From Lepidodermella squamata (taxonomy: Eukaryota > Animalia > Gastrotricha), in NCBI GenBank assembly GCA_047495785.1, contig JBLDXI010000009.1, positions 1,798,001 through 1,862,000 on the forward strand: a DNA stretch of 64,000 bases, given 5' to 3'. Position 1 is the stretch's first letter, and every line of letters begins with the position of its first letter. A program made the translations under genes and the position numbers. Shown in pieces: positions 14,409 to 27,765 of this stretch. The notes beneath the pieces are model-generated. The model saw only the letters and a program-made list of their open reading frames with translations. It did not search any database and was not told the DNA's origin.

Positions 14409-16327
14409 ATGTCAAAATTTGGTGTGCATGTGGCGACATGGAACGTTGAAAACACCTTACCACCCGAAGATCTGTCCGCCCTCGTCGGGTTACCCGAAAG
14501 CGAATACGTCATAGATGTCCTAGCTGTTGGGTAATTTTTCAATATTTTTGCCGTATTATGTATTTAATTTTGTAATTTGCTCAGTTTACAAGAAATTCCG
14601 TGGAGCTTTCGCGGCTCTTCAGACGCTCTTTCACGATCCAACCCATGGTTACAGCATTTGACTAAAATCCTGGGAAAATCAGAATTTGTTTTGGTATGTC
14701 TTGTCATAAATTGTTACTTGGTTTAAAATCATTTCCTTATTTTGTTAGCTCACCGCTAATCAAATGTGCGGATCCTATCTGGCAATATTTGTGCAACGCG
14801 GCGTTTTGCCTTTCGTCAGTTTCATCGAAACCGCTCATACCCCCACCGGATTTTACGGCCTTCTTGGAACGAAGGGTGTTGTTAGCGTCCGATTCCAGCT
14901 TCACGGCACGTGGTTCTCATTCGTCAACTCACACCTAGCTGCTCATGTTTGGAACTCAATGACCCGCGTCTGGGAATATGATACCATCATAGATTACCAC
15001 ACTTACTCCGATAATACCAAGATTCTGGACCATGAGTAAGTTAACAATCTTCGAACCCATTTTTATATTTAATTTGTTTTATATTAGTTACGTGTTTTGG
15101 TTTGGAGATCTGAATTTCAGAACCGAGGGGATTTCTCGAGAACAGATCGATTCAGCCCTCGCGACAAAGTCCTATGCGAATATCTTTGAGAACGATCAAT
15201 TGATTCGTCTCCAGCGTGAAGGCTTGATTTTCACTGACTTTGAAGAATCTGGGCTGTATTTCCCTCCGACATACAAGAAAGCGCCTGGCAAATATGATGA
15301 ATATATCGTGTGTCCCAAGCGGCTACCTTCTTGGTGTGACCGAATTTTGTATTCCTCGGCCGCCCTACCTTACTCGGTGCACGTTCTCGACTACACCGAC
15401 TTGCCGTCTCTTTCCTCCAGCGATCATACTCCTGTTTTTCTACAAGCGAACGTCGCAATCCCTCACACCGCCTCGAATAGCCTCGTGCGTTTCGGCCCTG
15501 TCTGCTGCGAATCGATGCCACAACTCGCTAACCAATCCAGCTTAATCATGTCTTGTTCATTCTCATTTGCCAACAGTTTCAAGACGTCGCCGAAAGACAA
15601 AGTCAGTTTGTATCCGAAATACTTTGCCAGGCTAGATGACGATGTTCAAAGCTGGCAAGCCACTGAATTCCTGCCCCTTCGAATTATCCGGCTAGATCTT
15701 TCAGCTGAGATAGACCAGCCTCTTCAACCTGGGTTCTACTGCTTGGTCTACCATCACTTCTCGGGCGATCGGTCTCGAGTTGCTGGTATTAGTGATTACT
15801 TCGCGGTTGGCGATGTGACGTCAGACGAAGAAGATTTCGGCGATGAAGCTGGCTTTGTGAATGGGGGTAACGACTCTGCTGATAGTACCGAGTACGGCTT
15901 GGATGAAATCGAAAATACGCGGGGTGGCAGCCCGACCCGGGTCCGGCCGAAGTCTGCCCGTCGGCAGCGAAGTATACCGCCGCGGCCGAAGTCGGCTCGT
16001 GGCTACTACGATGATCTCACATCAACTCCTGGTGCAGTTTCCGGCTCGAATTCTTCGAACGCGTCGTTTTCGATGACCCCGACCATGCAAACACCGAACT
16101 TGCCAACAATTGACGCTACCTGGTCGCCTAGTCCCTCGTCCCCGGCCGTGAGAGATCTCGCCGAAAACTCGTTCAATGAAAGCATCCCGCTTGACGAGGA
16201 ACTCGTAATTGAAGATGACGACGGTGGTGGCGAAGATCTGCTCGATGACGAAATTGAAGAGGTAGACGAAGAAAATGGAGATGGATTGGAAGAACTCGAA
16301 GAACTTGAAAAGAACAACGCAAATTGA
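14409..16327 (+). CDS. Inositol polyphosphate 5-phosphatase, INPP5K/INPP5J-like (catalytic domain + SKICH-like domain + acidic tail)
   Basis: VATWNV, LQE, GTKGVV, FVNSHLAAH, FWFGDLNFR, PTYK, PSWCDRILY and SDHTPV motifs across 4 exons. Confidence 0.9.
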
Positions 16328-16811
16328 ATTTCGCTATTTTTTTGTTTTTATTTCCCTCTCTGCTCTCTGTGAAAAATAACTTGAAAAAATATATCATATC
16401 AATTAGTCAGGTTTTATTTTTTCTTTTGCGAATTGCGTCACGCTACCTCATCATTCCGATAACTGGTGGTGACGTTCGCACTTTTGTGTCCAGCTTGCCC
16501 GTTTTGGGCGATGCGCTTAAACCGTTTGATTTTTTATGTCAAATAATATACGCGAGCCGGCTGTGATACTCGCGGTAACGAAATAATTATGTTATTATTA
16601 ATCTTTGTGTGCGTTCTTGAATCACAACTATCATCAACAAGTATTATTAAACAAATCGAACTTAGCAAAAAGAAAAGGTTATAATTTTATTATATTTATT
16701 TCATCTTTGATTAATGGTTGCGTCTATATCAGCATCTTCTGAACAAAAAGCTATTGAATTGTTTGGTTAAAATTTTTTGCTGTTTCTCTTTTAGTTTTTT
16801 AAGACTCAATC

Positions 16812-17482
16812 ATGGGAGCCTACAAGTACATCCAAGAGATGTATCGCAAGAAGCAGAGCGACGTCCTGCGCTTCTTGCTGCGCGTTCGCTGCTGGCAATA
16901 CCGCCAGGAGGCTGCCGTGCACCGCTGCTCAGCTCCCACCCGCCCCGAGAAGGCCCGCCGTCTCGGCTACAAGGCCAAGCAAGGTGATTTTTCGCGTTTT
17001 GTTAAGGAGGATTTTTTGAATGAATTTGATTTATTTTAGGCTTCGTCATTTACCGCGTCCGCATTCGCCGTGGTGGTCGCAAGCGCCCGGTTCCCAAGGG
17101 TAACACCTGCGGCAAGCCGAAGAATGAAGGTATCAACCAGCTGAAGAACCAGCGGTCTCTGCAGGCGGTTGCCGAAGAGCGCGCCGGTCGCTTCAACCAG
17201 GCCCTGCGTGTGCTCAACTCGTACTGGGTTGGTCAAGACTCGAGCTACAAGTTCTACGAGGTGATCATGGTCGACCCCTTCCACAAGGCCATCCGCCGCG
17301 ACGCCAAGATCAACTGGATCTGCAAGCCGGTCATGAAGCACCGTGAAATGCGCGGTCTCACCTCGGCGTCGAAGAAGTCGCGTGGTCTCGGCCACGGCCA
17401 CCGCTTCGTCAAGACGACTGGCGGTTCGCGACGCAAGAACTGGAAGAAGCGTAACACGCAGCAAATGCACCGGGTGCGCTAA
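16812..17482 (+). CDS. RPL15: 60S ribosomal protein L15 (eL15), 2 exons
   Basis: [18 protein letters not shown]...[17 protein letters not shown]; [18 protein letters not shown]. Confidence 0.99.
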
Positions 17483-17702
17483 GCTCAGAACAACGTTGAC
17501 GGTGGTTATTCTTGCTATTGTCTTCATCAAAATTATGTGCTGCTGTTTTACGAGAGTAGAGTTGTGCGGTCTATATTGAGACATCAAAAAAATAAAAGAG
17601 AAAGATTAATCGCAATAAAATTATATTGCCTCTTGTTAACCAATTCATTATGTTTTCCCATATTTGAAAAGAATCGAAAAGATGCGTCAAAACAAAGCAT
17701 TA

Positions 17703-18652
17703 ACGCCTATCCATGCGTGAATGGCTGTTTTATTACAGACTAATAAGCGAAAAATAATATTTGTCATCATCTCAAGTGTTCATGATAATGATTTAAAAGG
17801 TGCGCCGTGTGATAACAACGTCAAATTTCGGGGGTATATTGGTGATGCTGTGCTTGCCCGCATCCAAGTCGACTTCGTAGCCTTCATTCGGGAAAGCAAA
17901 GTTGCAGCATGGCAACTATGAAGATGAAGTATTCGATGCGAGCAAGCTGCTCGCCCAGGCAGATTCGAGGCCCAACTCCAAAGGGCATGAAGTGTGTTGA
18001 ATTAGTCAGCAGAGTTCCGTCTTCGGCAATCCATCTTTCAGGCCGGAAAACCTCAGGATCTCCCCAATACGCGTCATCATTGTGAACGGTCCAAACGTTG
18101 TACTGAATGGTGGTGTTTGGCGGGATTCGATACCCTGCGATAAATTAATACCGTAAAATCCGGAATAAGAGCGCAGGGGCTTATATTTTCAAAGCAACTG
18201 AAAACTGGGGAGGGGGGGGGGGGGAGGGGATACGGGAGAGGAGCAATTGTAGGCTGTGGTCTTATTTATTCAAATTCTCAAAGATTCCAATGTTACAATT
18301 TAAATTATCAAACATTTAATAAATTTCGAATATCTTATTCGTAGAGGTCGATGAAAAAAGATAAAACTGAACATTTTTGGCTCTTCTGTTGTCGGAAAAA
18401 GATGAGAAATTATTCATACATTTACGAGTCGATCAATTTTCTCAATTAAGCAGCGATTTGTTGGTATTCCAAATCCGGAAATTGGAACGCAATTGAACAT
18501 TATAAGTCATGTGAGGTATGCTAAAGTTTTATTTGCACCCCGCGGTACTATTATATAGGCCTGGGGGCTTATTCGTTCAGTCGTCGTAAAAACTGGGGGC
18601 TTAAATCGGATTGGTCTTATTTAGAATTTTACGGTATTTATGATTTCATATT
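17703..18652 (-). pseudogene. Duplicated 3' fragment (last exon, 3'UTR, part of last intron) of the CYP gene at 48.3-50 kb
   Basis: Near-identical to 48329-48800; has an 8-bp frameshifting deletion (AATCGTTG) near 17903, a MITE in the intron, and is truncated at 18652. Confidence 0.93.
18151..18634. mobile_element. Tc1/mariner-pogo-type MITE with TA target-site duplication
   Basis: TA|CCGTAAAATCCGGAATAAGA ... TCTTATTTAGAATTTTACGG|TA; the empty site is present in the paralogous intron at ~48783. Confidence 0.88.
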
Positions 18653-19740
18653 ACTATAGGCGAAGCTCACATAATAACATAATAACATAATAAGAAACCG
18701 CTTATTTAAGGGGGATTTTTTGATTTTTACAGTGAGCACCGAAGGTGCGAAAACCTTGCCCCGCCGTGAAACGCGAGCGCAGCGAGCATCACGGGGCAAG
18801 GTTTCTCTATAACGAACGCCGCTAGCTGGCTCTGTCGCGCATGAACACATGCTGCTGACCATCGGTATAACGAAATCGGCGGTGAATTTTGGTCACCATG
18901 AAGTCTTCCGGTGAAGAAAGAGTCGTCGATAAGAGCGCTGTTAAGGCTTTCTTTGATGTTTGTGCGTGTCCGAAGTTACTACCTATACCACATTGCCGCC
19001 AGATAGCCTACCTCGGCCCACGCGTTTTCCAGAAGATGCAAACTTTTCGTAACCTTCAATATCTGGTAACACATCTTCATACTTCCAGGTTTCCATGAAG
19101 CCACACATGCTGCTATCCTTCACCATTTAGTCATTACTCCCAACTTCTCAGTGCAATAGCCTTGAATGTTGGCACACCGCACTCGCCACCTTTCTTCTTC
19201 TTTGTTTTCTTTCTCCCCCCGTCATAGGCGACGTGGGCGGAAGTGACCATCAAAGACATACTCGTCACTGTCGACAACCTTCTTCGTAGTCGGGTAATAA
19301 CGCAGTCGCGCAATGCCTTGCTCGTTGACCACTCGCAACCTCATGAACGAAAACCTTGCCCCGTGATGCTCGCTGCGCTCGCGTTTCACGGCGGGGCAAG
19401 GTTTTCGTCCGAGCGAAGCGAGGAGACGCTGATTTTATCGAGCGAAGCGAGAAAAAGCACTCGAAACTCTTCGAGCGAAGCGAGATCACTTTTCGTGTTC
19501 AGCATGAAATTCGTTCAAAAATGCCATTTTCATCGTACAGTTTTAAGGTTGATTTTTTAAAGTCGCATTTCACACCAGAAAATCACCTATTATGTCACAT
19601 TATTCCATTTAAATTGCAGTTTTATCGGGAACGGTGAACGCTTCGCTTTGAGTAATATGTCTAATAAGGCCCTAGGTAAGGCTAGTTTCGAGGAAAAAGT
19701 CACATAATAAGGCGAGGCGAAGCCTTATTATGCGACTATT
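18653..19740. mobile_element. Non-autonomous hairpin-rich element (possibly Helitron/Helentron-like) holding an inverted captured segment
   Basis: Terminal hairpin CATAATAAGGC-GAGGCGAA-GCCTTATTATG (~19703-19732), CATAATAA repeats at the left end, three CGAGCGAAGCGAG motifs, and paired palindromes at 18749-18805 and 19348-19407. Confidence 0.45.
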
Positions 19741-20693
19741 ATGAAAGTCGTGAAGCTTGAAGTCAAGGTTGTGAAGAAGGAAGAGAAAGCTGAAGCTGAC
19801 CTCTACGCCGGAGCGGGGGTGTTGAACGGTGTTAAGGAGGGCGAGGCGGACACTCTGATCAACGCTGTGAAAACAGCGGTGCCGCGACTGCAGGGTGTCT
19901 TCTTTCGTGCCCGCGTCGGCTGGGTCTCAAGACAGACAACATAGCAACCGCCCGATACTGGTGGTCCCTGTCAACAGCGCGATCACCAACGAAAATTTGG
20001 AGGACATGACGAAAGAACTGCCGAACGGCGTTAGGATGCGCCGCTTTGTGCCGGCGAACCTTATGGAGGCTGAGAAAGCTTTCGTTCAAGAGGGCAAGCG
20101 AAGAAACCCGAATAGAGTGGAGGGCATCAGCTACTTCCAGGTCCGGAGCATGAGGTTGCGAGTGGTCAACGAACAAGGCATTGCGCGACTGCGTTATTAC
20201 CCGACTACGAAGAAGGTTGTCGACAGTGACGAGTATGTCTTTGATGGTCACTTCCGCCCACGTCGCCTATGACGGGGGGAGAAAGAAAACAAAGAAGAAG
20301 AAAGGTGGCGAGTGCGGTGTGCCAACATTCAAGGCTATTGCACTGAGAAGTTGGGAGTAATGACTAAAATGGTGAAGGATAGCAGCATGTGTGGCTTCAT
20401 GGAAACCTGGAAGTATGAAGATGTGTTACCAGATATTGAAGGTTACGAAAAGTTTGCATCTTCTGGAAAACGCGTGGGCCGAGGTAGGCTATCTGGCGGC
20501 AATGTGGTATAGGTAGTAACTTCGGACACGCACAAACATCAAAGAAAGCCTTAACAGCGCTCTTATCGACGACTCTTTCTTCACCGGAAGACTTCATGGT
20601 GACCAAAATTCACCGCCGATTTCGTTATACCGATGGTCAGCAGCATGTGTTCATGCGCGACAGAGCCAGCTAGCGGCGTTCGTTATAGAGAAA
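18803..20693. repeat. Long inverted repeat: arms 18803-19346 and 20149-20693 (~545 bp, ~3 differences)
   Basis: Direct comparison; the ORF track gives the identical 69-aa ORF on opposite strands (18889+ and 20606-). Confidence 0.95.
19741..20610 (+). mobile_element. Degenerate non-LTR retrotransposon fragment (ORF1 end and start of the ORF2 APE endonuclease)
   Basis: CANIQGYCTEKL...MCGFMETWKYEDVLPDIEGYEKFASSGKRVGRGRLSGG matches APE motifs (N.xGL, L.ETW, GY, R..GG); frameshifted ORF upstream. Confidence 0.7.
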
Positions 20694-20826
20694 GTTCGGT
20701 ATAAAAAGTTCGTTACAACGAATGTTATTTATATGCAAAAAGGCGTAGCTCGGTACTCGCCAGCCTTTTTGTTCGTTATAGTAAAAGTTCGTTATGTACC
20801 CCGTTCGTTATAACGATTCTGCACTG
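20610..20826. mobile_element. Solo end of a pogo/Tigger-like DNA transposon
   Basis: Repeated TTCGTTATA subterminal motifs ending GTTCGTTATAACGATTCTGCACTG|TA. Confidence 0.6.
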
Positions 20827-21842
20827 TACACTACCTAAATATACAAAATCATCTACTTCCTCTATGTGTTGGCCGTAAATAGTAAAAGGCAAAAATAAAG
20901 TGTAGTCTTTATTTACAACCATGAAATTCGTTTTTCCTTTCTTCGGAATGGGTATTAAAATTAAATTGAGGAACTCATTAATTAATTTGTTGGTTAATTA
21001 ATGAAAAGGTTGATGAATTTGGCAAACCGATTGCTTTCACGTTGATAAGGCAGGTTGTGTAAACTCCGACTTAGGCTTCGCTGAACTTGACATCATAACT
21101 ACAAGTCAGTTCGTCCCGTTTGTTGCTTGGCAAACTTTATTTATCTGAAATTTGCATTATTAATAAATCAACAAACATAAAAACCAGTTTTGATCAATCA
21201 GATCAGCGATGTTGTTCATAAAAGGTAAAAAGCGGGTTCATTCCAGTCGATAAAATGTGTCAGCCTTCAAACAAAGAACCCGAGTATAAACATGAAACAC
21301 AGCCGTCGCAACTACTTTCCAGGCTGCCTGACAGAAATACTGTTACGGAAAAATAATGAGCACATTGCAGTTCAGTGATAGTACCAACCTCATGGTTATT
21401 TCACTTAGATCGTTGCTCATTTAAATGAGGCCGAGAATTTTCAAAGGCGAGATGCGACTTTCATAAAACTGTAAGATTAATCGCAAAAAAGCTGCAGCTT
21501 CAAGCATAGTTAGGTTGCACGTAAGGGACGACAGAAGATAGATTCGCCAGAAAATTCATATCATTCATTTCTTGCATTGCATTATTAGATGAGTAAACAA
21601 TGAAGAGTAAATAAACGGAGGTCTCTCGTGTCCTTGGTGAGATGTAAAACAACAATATTAACGGACGCTTTCAGCTGTGCGTCAAGTTCAACAATTACAG
21701 CAATACACATGCGGAATTTCATGAATTCAAAATAAAGCTGTGAAAAATAAGTTATTCTAGAGAAAAATAATAAGAAACAGCCATTTGTGCTATCCAAAAG
21801 CAAATATGGCGGAAGACAAAGATGAGAAAGTGGGACGCTTTC

Positions 21843-24800
21843 TTAGACCCTTGAGTCAACCTGTTCAGAGCGGTGCGCTGCATCATCTGAGAAATGTAAA
21901 ATAGATAAGCATCGACCAACGGTTTAGGCACAATAAACTAACCATCTTCGATGAAAGCAGTATTTGCTTTTCCTTTGTTTTTTCGACGAGCCGACGACAG
22001 CACCGGATCCAGTTGATAGGGAGCGAAGCCACCAATTTTCACTCCTGAGTCTTCGGTATCTACAGTGCTCCCTTCGGCAGATGTACCATTAATAGCATCA
22101 AGCATTAGCTCATGAATAAATCGGAATTGCTGTTCAGTCTAAACGGAATTCATAATTATAGGGCAGAGAAACTCAAAGCGGTGGTTACTTGAACTAGTTG
22201 ACGGTATTCCCTCAGTTTCCGAACCACGCCAGTAACGTCCAGCGGCCGACCAGCGGCCAGATCCTGAAGAAGTATATCAATCGCGATGAAAGCACCACTT
22301 CTTCCCACACCGGCGCTGCAGCTGTAAAACATTAAAACATTAAATGACATTCCAATCTCTAATTGACTCAACATACTGCACGACAATAGGCTCGACAACT
22401 TGGCCGGCAGTATGGTTCGCTTGGTTGCGAACCATCTTTATAAACCGTAGCAGATGTCCGCGATTTCGCCCGGATGGCACGCCCTGGTCCGGCCATGCGT
22501 TGAATTGATACTGTCGCAAAGTACGCGTTTGTGACGGCTGCGACTCATCATCGTTCGGAAGGCTTATTCGGAAGTCTCTAATCGTCCAAACACCACTGGA
22601 TGTGTCCCGTGAGTTATCGAAGTCGAAATGGTAATTATCAGTGCTTAAGGCCGGTGACGAGATCTCATCCGACTGACTCACCAACTGAACGTTGAGGGGT
22701 CCGAACGGATGCTCTCCTGCGTCACTGTCGACATGAGGTGGCCAGTAACACTCACATTTCCTTACGCCCCCTTCTTTCATTTTTGTCAGCATTACAATGG
22801 ACCCAACTCGTTGCTGCCAGACCAGACGCCAGAAGTCGGGAATAGTCAATGGTAGAGGTCCTTGAGTCGCAATGTACTCGTGATCAGAACACAACCCGGG
22901 AACGAAGTTGGCGTTGATGTAATCACATCCCTCTCCGTTGAGATCAAACTCGGCCGGAGAATTTTTATCGTCTTCGTCATCGTCATCATTAGATGCCAAC
23001 GACCGTCGCATTACGGCGCTCGGCCACGGCATTAATTTCACACGACTGTGATCATAAGGCAGCACGTTCGTAAACCGGTTTTTCAGTCGATTCACAGGCA
23101 GTTCGGCTGCTATAGTCGGTTGTTGCAATCCAACCAATCTAACTTCATCCCAAATTGTTGCATATCCTATGAAGGGAATACATCCCTGTGAAATAAATCT
23201 TTACATTTTCACTCGTAAAACTAACCAAGTCCGGAATTTTTCTCCAAGCTGCTGACATAGCCACCAAATTTATCTGGCGAGATAGCCCCTGGTGGGAACG
23301 AAGAATTCGTCAGATTAGGTGACGACGGAAACGCATCGTCGGCTAGTGCTAATCCAGGCGGCATTGAGACGTTGGCTTGCCATGTTTGTTTTGGTGTGTT
23401 TCGGCGATAGCGGCGCACTACGAAGATGAGCCCGACAACAAGAACTGCGCCGACAACCACGCCCGCTGCCGCTCCACCGCCCGCGGCGGCGGCATTGTCA
23501 ACAACCGCTGAAGAGGAGGGCGGCGCCTGCGTAGCAATACTTCTGCAAATTGAGAGTAAATCACGTCTGAAAGGCGGATTTGACCGCAGTAAAACAAATA
23601 CCCAGTGGGCGCAACGGCAGGGGCCGTGGCCTCAAATGGCAGCACGCGCTTCGTTGACAGTTGCGAGTTTGCGTCCTTGCCGGAAGGATCCCCTGATGCC
23701 GTTATTGTTATTGCTAGCTCATCGATGGAGTCGTTGTCCAGTTTTTTTATTTCGCAGAATACACGTTCGGAGAACTGAACATTTGACCAATACGCCGGCT
23801 CGCAAACCACTGAGGAGTTCTTCCGAGGGTGAGCCAGCTCTACCCAGAGACGCGCCACCAAATTTGTTTGGGACAAATAGAACGGATTTCGAATGTAAAT
23901 CATAGAGGCGGATATGTTCAGCCAATCGCCGAGTTCGGTCTGTAATTTCGGCCCTATTTATGACAATGCTTAAGAAATATTAGGATATAATCACGAATTT
24001 GCTTGCTTTCAAACGGTATCAGCAAAATGAAAGTGGACACTCGGCAGTCCGAAATATCGAAGATCTTTGCGCCAGACTGCCAATAAACAGACACCTAAAA
24101 CCAATCAAATTATTGAATATGAACTGTCTTGAGGACATACTCCTACCTCATACTGCTTGCCAGGTTTGACCGTGAAATCATAAGAAGTGAAGTTGGTGAT
24201 GTGAGTCTTCGAGCGCTCTTCGCTCAGCTCACGGTAAGATACCGTGTACGCCATCTGACTATCCTTAGACGGAAATACAACCCAAGAGCATCGACCGTAT
24301 ATTTCGTTCCTCTCGAAATCCGGGGGTCTGCAATCTAAGTTTTCCACTGAACGGTCGCAAAACTCGGGTCCACTTGTCGTCGATTGCAAATTCCCATTGC
24401 TCGTGGTAGAGGTTTTCGATGAAACGACAGGTGTCGTCGTGCTGAAGTAAACACCACTAGTGGTTACTTTGTAAGTAATAGCGGTTGATGGGATTTTTGC
24501 TGTGGTTATAAACACGGTTGTTTTGACAGAGGCAACGGTTGAGGTCAGCGCTGTCGTGGAGCTATTAGTCGTAGCAGTGGTTAACATTTCTGGTGTCCTG
24601 GTTGGCACAGTAATCGACGTCACGTTTGACAACGCGCTATTGTATGCGATTGTTGAGGTAGTCGGAATCGCAGTGGAGCGTACAAGCGTTGCGTTTAATT
24701 CATTTATCTGACTTTTTGGAATCAGCCTAGTAGCGTTAATTTCGGATTCGGAATTAGATAGCGGTGATATTATATCAGGCATCGCAGTTTCATTGTTGAA

Positions 24801-25589
24801 CGTGGCATTTTTTACTCCGGACTTGATGACAGAATGTTTGGTAACAACGGTACTAGTTTGAACTTCTGTAATCGGATGTACTCGCTCTGATGATGCACTC
24901 GGCGTTGATGAAGAAGGTAGATCGGACTGAAAATCAGCAGTCTTAGAATGTTTACTAGACAGCACCGGACTTGGCAAAGACAAAGTTGATGTCAATAAAT
25001 TAGCATAAATCGACTTGCTATGGATTACGGTTGAAATGGTCACCACTTTCGGAGAAGTAGTTGTGAAATTCGAGAAGTTACTAGGCGACTGAACCTGTTC
25101 ACTGGCATTGAAATCCATTCCCTTTACTGATGAATTTCTCGTAATTGAGGTCTTATCCAAGGTTTCATTGCCAACAAACGCTTTAGAAATGGCATTTTCT
25201 GTCAAATTAGCATTTTCAGGGACTGCAACTGATTTTGCAAGCCCCCGAGTAGCGTTTTTGAAATCAGATTTTTTATCATAAATATTGCCTTTCGGCAATT
25301 TCGAAATTGAAAAATCAGGAGAGCCGATTTTTGTTGTTGCATTGACATATGCCGCGGAAGAAGAATTTATCGGCAGGCTGGTTGGTCCGATGGAAAATAC
25401 GCCGCGAGGTAGTCCGCTTCTTATGTTCAGAACGTTCCGAGAGGCGGCGGCAACTTTTCCAGAGCTGAATGTGGCATTTTTTTCCACCGGCAGCGAATTA
25501 GATCCCGATTTTAAAATGAACGCATCCAACTTGACCGAAATTCCAAAAATAGCGAGCAACAGACAGGACTGAGCAAAAGCCAACTCCAT
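21843..25589 (-). CDS. Receptor-type protein tyrosine phosphatase, R3-like (signal peptide, Ser/Thr-rich stalk, FN3-like region, TM, single PTP domain)
   Basis: [35 protein letters not shown] and WPDQGVP motifs; [10 protein letters not shown] is split by an intron; VQ|TEQQF; [21 protein letters not shown]. Confidence 0.93.
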
Positions 25590-27059
25590 CTATTGAATTC
25601 CGCAGACAGACCTTGAATGTTTAATCCATCACGAAAACTTCATTTTCATTAAAATTCGCAAGGAAGCCTATTTAATGCGCATATTCGGTGTATTCTTCAT
25701 GTTATTATAATTAGTCATTTTCCACGCTCGCGTAATACGAATGTTATACTTCACACTTTACCTATCAGGAAACAAGATTACAAACTGGAAAGATTCCGTT
25801 GACTCTCTACCATCAAAATTCGTTCTGTCTAGCAATGTATTTCTTCGCTCTCCGGATGGAATAATTCATTTTCAAAACTAATTTAAACTGAAAGTATACT
25901 GTCTTTTCTGAGATGCACTAGTGGTTGTTAAGCTCGTATGCGCGTTTTGGTGGATGGGTTTCTAACTTCAAACACAAAATAAGGCCTGAAAGGGGAAAAG
26001 GCGCCACGATTTTCTTACCTATCACGGGGAGAACAATATTTGCAATATCTGACAGATTAGGAGGGGAGAGGGGAGGTCGGTTTGGACTTTACACTGGTCA
26101 TCTGTCAATATCGTTATAGAGCACGGCGAAAAAGCGCAAGTTATATTGAGTTAAAAGGTTTTTCAATAAAACAGAGTATAAGAAAAGGCACATGAAAGAA
26201 TATAATGCAAATATAATATAATACTTACCTAATAGAATACATTTTATCTGACTTCTGATTCTGATCTGATGCTGCAAGCGTTTTAATCAAGTCCTGGCAC
26301 AGGCGTTGACTGCGCTAAACAATAAACAACGAAAAACTTGCGGAACCCATAACCAACTCCACCCCAGGACAAGGCAACAGACAACAAGACCTCATCCGAG
26401 ACGGCCGAGACAGCCTGAGGGCGGTGAGTTCGACTTTTCGTCTCGGCCAACATACTGGGCCGCGCAAATGAGAAAAATAACATATAAATATTTCTAATGC
26501 ATATCAATAAATAAGTAAAAATATGTAAAAAACACAATTTGAAATATTTGTTCATATTATGCGTCACAAAATTATGAAAATATGGCGGTAAAACAAAGTT
26601 TGAAACGTGGGTTTTTTCACCAAAAATAAAACCATAATAAAAATATTGATCCAAAACTCATATTATGTCATCCAATTATGACATTTCTTGGCCCTTAATT
26701 TCATCGTCTGATAAGCATGAAGCCTGCTGGTGGGAAATCTTAAAACGCTGAAGTAGTTGCGCTCCGTCGTTGACCTGAGCAGACGACACGGTTGTATCCG
26801 CAGAGGCCGCTTAAGGATGCACACGTGGGCTGCCATACCTCTCAATGGTTGTCTCGCTCGAGAGCCGGGGAAACCCACAGGTCGATTGACGGTCTTCTAC
26901 GAAAAGGCTTACATAAACTCGAGCGGGGTTTGGCACCACATCCAATGGTGTCGGGTCTTCATTAGAGTGGGAGGAGAGAGTTGGCAGCCAGCTCACTCTC
27001 GGATCTTCCAAACCTGTCATCATCAACATCATCATCATTATAACTTATATTTGTCAGTT

Positions 27060-27300
27060 AGCTCAAAATAAGCTTTTTTGTCCAGGGTAACACCTCGCAG
27101 CTTTTCATGGCTCTATTGCTTTCCGTGTAATCGCGTGGTGGAAGGAGCTGCCGAGTGAGTTGCTATCATCGTCTGACATTTTCAGAATGTTACTGAAAAG
27201 GAAGCTGGAAATGAAATCCGTATCATAAAAAAACCCATGTCATTCTGTCTATATGTAGTATATGTGTATATAGCCCTAACATATACTTGGTATATGAAAT
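27060..27300 (+). mobile_element. 3'-terminal fragment of a CR1/L2-type LINE
   Basis: Translates to GSIAFRVIAWWKELPSELLSSSDIFRMLLKRKL, resembling the typical CR1/L2 ORF2 C-terminus (SF..R....WN.LP.....S...FK..LK). Confidence 0.6.
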
Positions 27301-27765
27301 AATAATAATCACATCATTCAGTTACCAAAGTGTTATTGTTTTTCGGGTGTCGCAGCGTCTAATTGTTTATTTTGTACGATCAAAAGAACGAATTAGTGTT
27401 ATTAGTGCTATGTGCAAAGTGAACAGTAAACGACAAAGTTTGAACTATTAGTTGAATAGCAGTTAGATTTCGATCAAACCCACCATCAGGCGACTGCCCT
27501 GGTTCCCAAGCCTGAATTACCATAAATACCTCTTTTATTTCGTTATCATAAAGAGTGTTATGTCAGATCCCGCGTGCGATGAGCCGCGAAATTCTATCCA
27601 CCTTGTTATCTTGCTATCTCTCGCAAGTTAGAATTTGATGTTTGAAGGTTGCGATTATTCCGCAATCCGCAGCTGTGCAAATGGCAATTTATCGTTACCG
27701 TTGCCTTTTTCTTTACCATTATCTTTTCTCGCCATTAGACGATTTATCAGGATTTTTGTGGCGAA

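Noticed and set aside
18206-18229. G-quadruplex-like G run
   Set aside because: Simple homopolymer inside a MITE; its length is unreliable.
26663-27045. Protein-coding ORFs
   Set aside because: Short and motif-less, ending in a (CAT)n tail; probably retroelement 3' debris, not classifiable.
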